From IMG/VR virus record IMGVR_UViG_3300046051_000019, positions 1 through 56,428 of that record: a stretch of DNA of 56,428 bases. One strand, written 5' to 3'. Under the pieces are notes generated by a model. The model did not search any database and had not been told where the DNA came from. It saw only the letters and a list, made by a program, of their open reading frames with translations. The stretch's first letter is position 1, and the number at the start of each line of letters is the position of its first letter. The position numbers were made by a program, and so were the translations under genes. The stretch comes from a virus. Positions 33,524 to 41,661 of the stretch are shown here, piece by piece.

Positions 33524-33996
33524 GTCGACCCGAGGACCCGAGCACGGTCCTGTTGCACGGCGACGACACGAGTCGCTATCTCAAGGACGGTGTCGCGCAA
33601 GCAGCGATCACGCCTGGCGAGCTCCTCGAAGTTCAGGGCACTGAGGACACAGGGGCTGACATGGCTCGTCAACTCGCCCCGCAATCGAGTGCAGCTGTTC
33701 CGGTCGCGACTCGCGTCGCGCTCGAGTACGGTCACACTGGGCGTGGGATCGACTCCGACTACGAAACCGATGACCACGTGGAGTACCATCACTTCAAGAA
33801 AGGCGAAGAAGCGTACATGTGGCTCGCTGACGGGGAGAACGTCACTGTGGATGATCTCCTCGTTAGTGATGGCACGGGTGCGCTCCGCGCAGCTGCTGGT
33901 GACGGTAGTGAAGACGCAGCTGCTGTGCTCGTCGCGACGGAAGCAGTGGATAACACGAGCGGTTCACCCGCTCGTATCAGAGCGGAGGTGATCTAG
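33520..33996 (+). CDS. Putative head decoration protein (DUF2190-like)
   Basis: Position and size. Confidence 0.45.
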   Translation: MSRPEDPSTVLLHGDDTSRYLKDGVAQAAITPGELLEVQGTEDTGADMARQLAPQSSAAVPVATRVALEYGHTGRGIDSDYETDDHVEYHHFKKGEEAYMWLADGENVTVDDLLVSDGTGALRAAAGDGSEDAAAVLVATEAVDNTSGSPARIRAEVI

Positions 33997-33997
33997 C

Positions 33998-35020
33998 ATG
34001 AGTCAAGCAGCTAATGTCTCTGGCGGAGCTGATGCCGTCGCTGGTGCGTTCGGCGAGGGCCTCAGTTACTTCATGGCATCGAACGCGGAGCGAAAAGAAA
34101 TCGCTGCTAACGCGACTACGCTTCAAGACGACGAGTGGCGAACGGTTAGCGACCGGATGGTCGAGATCTATCGCGGTGACCTCGTCGGTATCAACGACTT
34201 GATGGACGCTGGCTTGACGCGCGACATCTCACTCGCCACGAAGGTCGACTTGTGGCAGACGATGAGCCAGATGACTGGCGCGGAAGTCTCGATGGACGGC
34301 GAGACCGAGTCCGAGGAAGACCGAGGGACTGGTCAAACCGAGGGCGTCCCGGTTCCCATCGTTCACAAGGACTTCCGTATCAGTGAACGTGACTTGCTCA
34401 CGTCGCGGAACCTCGGTAATGATCTCCGGACTGACATGGTCGCTGACGCGACCCGCGCGGTCTCGGAGACACTCGAGGACATCTTGTTCCACGGGTGGAG
34501 CCCTCAGATCCGTGATGGCCGCGATAGCTTCGAGCTCTACGGGTACACGAGTCACCCGAATCGTAACACTGTTAGCGCGAGCGAAGAGTGGTCTCGCTCC
34601 GGTACTGGCGCGGAGGCTATCCGGGAGACGCTCGTCACTGCGCTAGACGAGCTCGATAAGGACGATCGCGCTGGCGGTGAGTTCTGGGTGTACCTCGCCC
34701 CTGAAGAGTGGCGCGTCTTCAGGTCGGCTATCGACCCTGATGGCGACGGGAACCTCACGGTTCGCGAGCGCTTCGAGAACGAGTTCGACACCGAGATCGC
34801 GTCAGTTCAGCGATCGGATCGCCTCGACGAGGGCACTGGTGTCATGGTCGACCCGCGTCAAGACGTCGTCGAGCTCGCCGTCGCGGAAGACGTACAAACC
34901 GTGGAGTGGCAGTCTGGCTCGGGGATGACGAATCACTTCAAGGTCATGGGCGCGATGGCCCCGGAGATCAAGGCTGATAGCACTGGTCAGAGCGGCGTCG
35001 TCGAGATGACGGGGCTCTGA
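33998..35020 (+). CDS. Major capsid protein, HK97 fold (encapsulin-like)
   Basis: 340 aa. Sequence looks encapsulin/linocin-like, for example EDILFHGW. Position is canonical. Confidence 0.8.
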   Translation: MSQAANVSGGADAVAGAFGEGLSYFMASNAERKEIAANATTLQDDEWRTVSDRMVEIYRGDLVGINDLMDAGLTRDISLATKVDLWQTMSQMTGAEVSMDGETESEEDRGTGQTEGVPVPIVHKDFRISERDLLTSRNLGNDLRTDMVADATRAVSETLEDILFHGWSPQIRDGRDSFELYGYTSHPNRNTVSASEEWSRSGTGAEAIRETLVTALDELDKDDRAGGEFWVYLAPEEWRVFRSAIDPDGDGNLTVRERFENEFDTEIASVQRSDRLDEGTGVMVDPRQDVVELAVAEDVQTVEWQSGSGMTNHFKVMGAMAPEIKADSTGQSGVVEMTGL

Positions 35021-35025
35021 TATCG

Positions 35026-35355
35026 ATGACTGAGTATCGAGTCACGTGGAAACGCATCGCTCGCGGCGACGAGGTGTTCGAGGAAGGTGACGTGTTCGAG
35101 CCCACTGACGCCGAGCTCGACGCGTTCGGCGATCGCCTCGAACCTGTCGATGGAGACGAAGACAACGCTGAGGACGGCGACGAGCTCGACACGGCGCCGT
35201 TCGACCCCGCGGAGTACACGAACGAGGAGATCGCGGAGAGGGTCGAAGTCGCTGACGACGAAGAAGCGCTCCATGCGCTATTGGACCTCGAGGAAAACCA
35301 GCAGGACCGCGATGGCGCGACTAGTGCTATCGAGGAGCGACTCGAAGAACTGTAA
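35026..35355 (+). CDS. Hypothetical acidic protein
   Basis: ORF within the head module. Confidence 0.55.
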   Translation: MTEYRVTWKRIARGDEVFEEGDVFEPTDAELDAFGDRLEPVDGDEDNAEDGDELDTAPFDPAEYTNEEIAERVEVADDEEALHALLDLEENQQDRDGATSAIEERLEEL

Positions 35356-35741
35356 TGCCCCGAACGGATGCGTCGCGAGTCGCTGGGATCCTCCCATCGG
35401 ACCCGGGCTCGACTGTTCTCGACATCCATATCGAGGACGCGAATAGCATGGTGAGCGAGGACTTACCCACCGAAGACGTCAGTGACAGTAGACTCGAGCG
35501 CATCGAGCGTTACCTCGCCGCGCATTCCTATAAGTTCCTCGAGAACCGTCAAATGGAGGAATTCAGTCGTGAATCGTCGAGCGGCACGTTCACAGGGGTG
35601 TTCGGTGAAGGGCTAAAAGCGACGAGTTACGGGCAAATGGCCGTCGAGGCTGACCCGACGAGTACGCTCTCGGATCGCGTCAAACCAACAGCTACGATCA
35701 AGACGCTGGACAGTCGTAACATCGATAATCCACGACACTGA
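35355..35741 (+). CDS. Putative head-tail connector
   Basis: Position. TAATG coupling. Confidence 0.45.
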   Translation: MPRTDASRVAGILPSDPGSTVLDIHIEDANSMVSEDLPTEDVSDSRLERIERYLAAHSYKFLENRQMEEFSRESSSGTFTGVFGEGLKATSYGQMAVEADPTSTLSDRVKPTATIKTLDSRNIDNPRH

Positions 35742-36100
35742 TGCCAAGTAGATTCGTACGCGCCGCCGGGTTCGAGCGCGTCATGAACGGGTTCGAGGAT
35801 CTCTTGGACTCCGCTGGGTCAGACACGTGGATCGTCGGTACGAACGTACGGTACGGGTTATACTTGGAATTCGGGACGCGAAACCACCCACCGTACCCGT
35901 GGCTTCGACCAGCGATCGAGAAAGTAGCTGAGAACGACGCCGACGAGATCGCTGACAACGCTGAGAGCACCGAGGAGCTCGTCGCGGAGATCGCACTCGC
36001 GATCGAGCGACGCGCGAAAGAGATAACTGATAGCAGGGGCGAGCGACCGTTCCGTCAAACCGGGAACTTATCAGCGAGCATCGAGGCACAGGAGCTATGA
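35741..36100 (+). CDS. HK97 gp10-family head-tail joining protein
   Basis: YGLYLEFGTRNHPPYPWLRPAIE motif. Confidence 0.65.
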   Translation: MPSRFVRAAGFERVMNGFEDLLDSAGSDTWIVGTNVRYGLYLEFGTRNHPPYPWLRPAIEKVAENDADEIADNAESTEELVAEIALAIERRAKEITDSRGERPFRQTGNLSASIEAQEL

Positions 36101-36471
36101 GGGACGAAGTAGCTGAGCCGTCGCGCGAGATGCTGAGATTCGCTGGGAGACCCCTCACCGTGGTTACACGGACTAACCCCGTTCAGGACGAGCGACACCG
36201 AGACGTGCACTGGGATAGCGAGGAACGAGTCGACACGACGGGTGAAGTCGCGGAGCGCGGGACGCCATCGTTCCAGAAGCGCGCGAACTCAGTCGATGTC
36301 GACGTCGATCTCTTCGTCTGGCTTCCAGGCGACGTCTCAGTGACGACTGGTGACGACGATCAAAACACGCCATCGACTCACATCGAGGACGGTGACAGGA
36401 CGTACAGGGTGTACGAGGTCTACCCCGAAGACAACGGGTTAGTGAGGTGCCACTGCGTCAAGCATGACTAA
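36097..36471 (+). CDS. Putative head closure / tail adaptor protein
   Basis: Position. ATGA coupling. Confidence 0.4.
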   Translation: MRDEVAEPSREMLRFAGRPLTVVTRTNPVQDERHRDVHWDSEERVDTTGEVAERGTPSFQKRANSVDVDVDLFVWLPGDVSVTTGDDDQNTPSTHIEDGDRTYRVYEVYPEDNGLVRCHCVKHD

Positions 36472-36952
36472 CGAAGAAGCGAACGTGATACTCGTTGGCA
36501 TGCTGATCGACGAGTGGACGCCACAAGACATCGATGCGTCGTTCGACGAGGAATCCCGGATCAGTACAGGGTGGTGGAACGAGGACAACGCTCACCCACA
36601 AATCACGGTTACGAGCATCACTGAAGACCCAAGTTACGACGGGATAAACCCGTCAGGCGCCGGTGCGACGAGCTGGGTGAACGGCACCGTCGACGTAAAC
36701 GTATGGGTCGCGAACGATCGCGACGCCACGGATGGGCTTCACCCGAAGATACTACGACACCAGTTACGGAAAGAAGTCGAGGACGTCATCACGGATCACG
36801 CAACGGGGTACGAGTACGTTGACCCGGATGGCGGTACTCACTTCTTGACACGAGTCGAGCCTACTGGAACCGACTCTAACGTCGAGACGGGTAACGAACC
36901 GACGGTGTTCCGGTACACGATCGAGACGAGTTACGTCTACCATAAACGGTAG
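36464..36952 (+). CDS. Putative tail completion protein
   Basis: Position. Confidence 0.4.
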   Translation: MTNEEANVILVGMLIDEWTPQDIDASFDEESRISTGWWNEDNAHPQITVTSITEDPSYDGINPSGAGATSWVNGTVDVNVWVANDRDATDGLHPKILRHQLRKEVEDVITDHATGYEYVDPDGGTHFLTRVEPTGTDSNVETGNEPTVFRYTIETSYVYHKR

Positions 36953-36994
36953 GTGCGCGTCACTGATAGCTGAGTGGCGCGACTATACTAAGAC

Positions 36995-37020
36995 GCGAGT
37001 CGTTATCGCGAACGACTCGC
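36995..37020 (+). terminator. 10-bp perfect hairpin GCGAGTCGTT-atcgcg-AACGACTCGC between the head and tail modules
   Basis: Seen directly in the sequence. Its function as terminator, attenuator or processing site is unproven. Confidence 0.35.
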
Positions 37021-37058
37021 TTGGAGTTGAACACCACGGCCCAGTAGAGGCCAGTACA

Positions 37059-37247
37059 ATGTGGATACGAACTACGCTCGACAACCGCGTCTCGTTCTTC
37101 GACGCGGACGTGATGAACGAACCGATCGAGTGGTCCGAGAACGAGACCGCGAAAGTAACAGCTGAAGTCGGGGAAGCGCTCATCGAGAAATACGAGCACA
37201 TCGAGGAACACGAGACTAATGAGTCAAAGTCAACGTATAGCCCCTGA
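37059..37247 (+). CDS. Hypothetical small protein
   Basis: 62-aa acidic ORF. Confidence 0.4.
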   Translation: MWIRTTLDNRVSFFDADVMNEPIEWSENETAKVTAEVGEALIEKYEHIEEHETNESKSTYSP

Positions 37248-38508
37248 AACCGGGCTTCGAAGCGATCGCATTGAGTGGCTCCGTGAGGACGTGACTGGAG
37301 CTATCCAGGACGACCCCGAGTGGCGCGTGTACTCGGATTCGATGAACACGTTCACGTGGTCACCGAGCGTGAATAACACGCGACGCGATAATCTCGGTAC
37401 TCCATACGCGGCTGGGCACCATAGCGGTATGGAGGAACACGAGCTCACCGTCGCGTACGACTTACAGCGCCCACTCGTGGACACGAATAGTGACCCTGAT
37501 GACGCGAGCTACGACGCTATCATCCGAGCGACGACTGGGTTCCTACCGCACACACACGCCGTCGTGGAGCGCGAAGTACGGAACAGTACGTTGGACGAGC
37601 CGAGTGACGTCGCTGGCGCTCGAACGTATACTGTCGCGAAGGGTGGGTACCCTGATGTCACGTACGAGGGCGACCCGGAGGACGGGCAACCGATCCCAGC
37701 GGAGCTCTCGTATCAATTCGAGAAGATCCGGTCATACGAGATCCGGCAACCAGCGAACGCAGAACTGATCTGTGTTCGATCCACTGAGAGCAGCGACGAC
37801 TCACAAGACGTGACTATCGAGAGCGAGGGCGCGGCGGAGAGCGAAACCGTTACCCTCGACGGGACGAACCTCGTGAGCACATCGGTGCAGTTCAGTGACA
37901 TCGACGCTATCGAGCTATCAGCTGAAACCACGGGCGACGTCAAGGTATTCATTAACGACGGCGATCAATCGACGCCAAGCGAAGGCACTGAGCTCGTGAA
38001 CCCTGAGATCCGCGGGTCGATGTATTACAGCGAAGACGAGCAACCATTGGAGGGTGATCTCGGCGTCCCAGCTCTGGGCGCGGGGAGTCACGGCACGGAG
38101 ATCGGCACGACGTTCGAGCACTTCATCGGCGACAGGGTCGAGCGCCCCGCGGGCACGTCACTCGCACCCGATATCAATAACTACACGATCGAGACGGATA
38201 ACGGGTACGACTCGACGAGTCGCCACGATTCTCAGCGCCCGCGGATCTCTGAAGCGAACGTCGAGCTCACGATCAGTGCTGACGTTATCGGTGAACGGAC
38301 GTCGCATAGCCATATCATGGACGCGCTCGGGACGGAGGGACTCGACATGGAATGGGAATTGAGCAGGTCGCTGTTCACGTTCTACGACGCGACGTTCACT
38401 GATGCGGGCGAGCGTGGTCGTGAAACTGACGACGCAGCCGTGCAGCGCTCCGTGGAGCTCGAGCCAAGCGGTGACCCAGCTGTGGACGTGGAGAACATCG
38501 AGTCATGA
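37219..38508 (+). CDS. Putative major tail protein
   Basis: The gene order of this ORF, chaperone, frameshift extension and tape measure is that of siphoviruses. Confidence 0.5.
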   Translation: MSQSQRIAPETGLRSDRIEWLREDVTGAIQDDPEWRVYSDSMNTFTWSPSVNNTRRDNLGTPYAAGHHSGMEEHELTVAYDLQRPLVDTNSDPDDASYDAIIRATTGFLPHTHAVVEREVRNSTLDEPSDVAGARTYTVAKGGYPDVTYEGDPEDGQPIPAELSYQFEKIRSYEIRQPANAELICVRSTESSDDSQDVTIESEGAAESETVTLDGTNLVSTSVQFSDIDAIELSAETTGDVKVFINDGDQSTPSEGTELVNPEIRGSMYYSEDEQPLEGDLGVPALGAGSHGTEIGTTFEHFIGDRVERPAGTSLAPDINNYTIETDNGYDSTSRHDSQRPRISEANVELTISADVIGERTSHSHIMDALGTEGLDMEWELSRSLFTFYDATFTDAGERGRETDDAAVQRSVELEPSGDPAVDVENIES

Positions 38509-38855
38509 CTGAATACGGGCTCCCTGACGTCCGCGACCCGGATAGCGGTGAACTCCAAGCGGTGGATCACTCGTACACGTTCGACGGTCAAGACGTCACG
38601 ATCCAACTCGTACCGCCGACTATTTCTCAATTCGAGGAGTACGAACAGATGGGCACTGATGTCGACGTCGACGAGTTATTCGTCGTGGTCGACGAGCACC
38701 TCGTGAAACCCGAGATCGACAGGAAAGACGCGACGGTTCGAGAGCTCACGTGTTACTTACAAGGGATCATCGATTACGGTGTCGGTGGCGGTTCTAACTT
38801 CATGCAAGGAGTCCGTCGTGAGCTCGAGGAACGGGATGGTGGCCCGGGAAACTGA
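38505..38855 (+). CDS. Tail assembly chaperone (G-like)
   Basis: Position. The slippery heptamer lies 4 nt before its stop codon. Confidence 0.65.
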   Translation: MTEYGLPDVRDPDSGELQAVDHSYTFDGQDVTIQLVPPTISQFEEYEQMGTDVDVDELFVVVDEHLVKPEIDRKDATVRELTCYLQGIIDYGVGGGSNFMQGVRRELEERDGGPGN

Positions 38856-39091
38856 ACGAGACGGAGAGCAAAGCAGCGTTCGTCGCGTGGCTCCACGATC
38901 GAGCGTACACGTTTAACGGGGATTCATTGATCGCTGGGCTCACGCCGAACGAGGTATCAGTGTTACAGCTCGGGTGGATCGTCAGGCAAGAAAAAACACG
39001 GGAACGCATGGACTCGAGTCATCGCAGGAAGTACAGTAAGCCTCGTAAGTCGACAAGGGAAGCCTTGCACGATTACAGTGAGAAACTATAG
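38843..39091 (+). CDS. -1 frameshift extension of the tail chaperone (GT-like product)
   Basis: CCCGGGA at 38843-49 is in X_XXY_YYZ phase. The -1 frame stays open for 82 codons and stops 3 nt before the tape measure ATG. Confidence 0.65.
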   Translation, partial: PGKLNETESKAAFVAWLHDRAYTFNGDSLIAGLTPNEVSVLQLGWIVRQEKTRERMDSSHRRKYSKPRKSTREALHDYSEKL

Positions 39092-39093
39092 TC

Positions 39094-41661
39094 ATGGCCT
39101 CAAATCCATTCAGTGACGGTATCGACGTCAAAGTCGACGCGGAGACCAGTGGGTTTGAGAGCGCTCTAGGCGGCGCGATGAGCCAGTTGGGTAATTTCAA
39201 GTATCAAATCGGGTTGCTAGGCGGCGCGATAGCGACTGTCTCGGCGGGTGGCATCGCGAAGGGCGTGAGTGCGTTCAACGACTTCGAGGACGCGATGACT
39301 GAGTCCCTCGCGATCATGGGGGACGTTAGCGACGAGATGGAGGGTAACATGGAGGACACCGCGCGGAGTGTCGCGCAAGAAACGACGTTTAGCGCGAACG
39401 AAGCAGCTAACTCGTATTATTACTTGGCGAGCGCGGGGATGGACGCGCAAGAGAGTATTAATTCCTTGCCGCAAGTAGCTGATTTCGCGCAAGCTGGGAT
39501 GTTTGACATGGCTACTGCGACGGATCTGCTCACGGACAGCTTGACTGCTCTTGGGCAGGACTCTGAGGATCCTCAAGAGCAAATGAAGAACATGCAAGAG
39601 CTCTCCGACCAACTCGTGAAAGCGAACACGATGGCTAACGCGTCGGTTGAGCAGTTCTCTGAAGCGTTAACGAATCGAGCCGCTGCTGCGATCCGTAACT
39701 ATAACGTCGATCAAGAAGAGGGCATCGCGCTCTTAGCGTCGTTCGCTGATCAGGGCGTGAAGGGCCGGAAAGCGGGTCGACGGCTCTCCATCATGTTACG
39801 CGACATGCAGAACGCTGCGCAGGACAACGCCGAGAAATTCGAGGAGCTCGGTATCCAGGTCTTTGACTCTGAAGGTAATATGCGCGACATGACTGATATC
39901 ATGTCTGATATGGAGAACGCGCTCGGTGATATGAGTCAAGAACAGCGAAACGCCGCTATTAACCAGCTCGGGTTCACTCAGCAAGCACAAGCTGGTATCA
40001 ACGCGCTACTTGGTCAATCTGACGCGATAGCCGAGTACAAGGGCGGGTTGGAGGACGCGGGTGGCACGACTGAAGAAGTCGCGAGTAAACAGTTGACTTC
40101 GTTTAATAAACAAATGCAGTTACTGAAGTCCCAGGTCAACGAGATCTTTATCTCGGTCGGTGAACAATTGAGACCGGCGCTCGCGTCTATCATCGAGCCT
40201 ATCACGGATGGGATCAGTGCGTTTCAAGACTTTAACGAAGCAACTGATGGGATGGCCGCGACTGTCGCACTCGTCATCGGGCTCGTGACTGGGCTCATCA
40301 CGGCTGGCGCTGCGTTGGTGAGCGCGCTTGGCGGCGTCGCGGCTATCGTCGGGACTGTTAGCGCCGTGTTGACTGGTGTCGTCGCGCCGGCGCTCGCGGT
40401 AGCCGCTGTCGTCGCGGCGTTGTGGCTCGCCTGGAAAAATAATTTCCTTAACATTCAAGGTGTAACGAAGCGAGTCCTGGGTTTCGTTAAAGACCTCGTG
40501 GAAACCGTGCTCGGCGAGATCCAAGCGTTTTGGCAACAGCACGGCGAAGCGATTATTCGCACCGTGAAACAAGCGTTCGCGTTCATCGCGATGGTCATCG
40601 AGACGTACGTGATGTTCTTGTGGAATAACTTGTACAAACCGATTTTTAAGTCGATCGAGGAATTATGGAACGCGCACGGGCAACAGCTCATCGGTGAAAC
40701 GAAGAAAACGTTTGATTTCATCGCTGGTATCGTTCAAGACGTATTGAACTTCGTTATGCCGTTCGTTAAAACCGTGTTGCAAACGATTCACGCGTTTTGG
40801 GACCGGTACGGCGAGTCCATCATGGACATCGTGACGAACGTGTTCGACATGATTCGTGTCGTCATCGAGGGCGTGCTCGACACAGTTATCTCGATCGTGA
40901 GGATCGCGTTAGCGTTGCTTCGAGGTGACTTCAGTGGCGCACTCGATATCCTCGTCGGGCTCGTACAACGACAATTCGATAGAATCGTACAGCTCGTCGA
41001 GCTCGCGCTCGATACACTCGTGAACATCGTGGAGATCAGTGTCGACGCGGTTATCAATGCTATCACGTCGATGCTCGATAGCGTCGTCAACACCGTTAGT
41101 AACTTCGGGAGCGACGTGTACGACGCCGGGAAAAGCTTGATCGAATCATTCGTCGACGGTATCAAGTCGATGGCGTCAGCGCCAGTCGACGCCGTGAAGG
41201 GAATCGCGGGCTCTGTGACGAAGCATTTACCGTCGAGTGACGCGAAGCGTGGTCCGTTCTCTCAACTCACGGATTCCGGTGAAGGGTTCAGTGAAGCGTT
41301 CGCGAAGGGTATCAAGGACTCAGTCGGGATGGTCACGGGCGCGACGTCGATGGTCGCTCGACGAGCGTCAATCGACGGGAGCGACATGGTGAGCGACAGC
41401 GTGGCACTCACGTCCGCTGGGAACCGTGCTCGAGCTGACGCTCTCAGCACGATGGACCCGGCCCAGATGGTAGACACGTTCGAAGCCGCGATGCAGCGTA
41501 CGGACGGATCCACAGATGTCGTTGATAAACTCGACGAGTTGATGCGTCGCTTAGAGCAACTCGAGTTCATCGCCGAACTGAACATGGATAGCAAGAAGAT
41601 GGCTGAAGCGAACGCTACCGCGAAGGATCGCTTCACTGACGCTCAGGTCACCTCGAGATAA
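39094..41661 (+). CDS. Tape measure protein
   Basis: 855 aa, alpha-helical with hydrophobic segments. Canonical position. Confidence 0.85.
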   Translation: MASNPFSDGIDVKVDAETSGFESALGGAMSQLGNFKYQIGLLGGAIATVSAGGIAKGVSAFNDFEDAMTESLAIMGDVSDEMEGNMEDTARSVAQETTFSANEAANSYYYLASAGMDAQESINSLPQVADFAQAGMFDMATATDLLTDSLTALGQDSEDPQEQMKNMQELSDQLVKANTMANASVEQFSEALTNRAAAAIRNYNVDQEEGIALLASFADQGVKGRKAGRRLSIMLRDMQNAAQDNAEKFEELGIQVFDSEGNMRDMTDIMSDMENALGDMSQEQRNAAINQLGFTQQAQAGINALLGQSDAIAEYKGGLEDAGGTTEEVASKQLTSFNKQMQLLKSQVNEIFISVGEQLRPALASIIEPITDGISAFQDFNEATDGMAATVALVIGLVTGLITAGAALVSALGGVAAIVGTVSAVLTGVVAPALAVAAVVAALWLAWKNNFLNIQGVTKRVLGFVKDLVETVLGEIQAFWQQHGEAIIRTVKQAFAFIAMVIETYVMFLWNNLYKPIFKSIEELWNAHGQQLIGETKKTFDFIAGIVQDVLNFVMPFVKTVLQTIHAFWDRYGESIMDIVTNVFDMIRVVIEGVLDTVISIVRIALALLRGDFSGALDILVGLVQRQFDRIVQLVELALDTLVNIVEISVDAVINAITSMLDSVVNTVSNFGSDVYDAGKSLIESFVDGIKSMASAPVDAVKGIAGSVTKHLPSSDAKRGPFSQLTDSGEGFSEAFAKGIKDSVGMVTGATSMVARRASIDGSDMVSDSVALTSAGNRARADALSTMDPAQMVDTFEAAMQRTDGSTDVVDKLDELMRRLEQLEFIAELNMDSKKMAEANATAKDRFTDAQVTSR

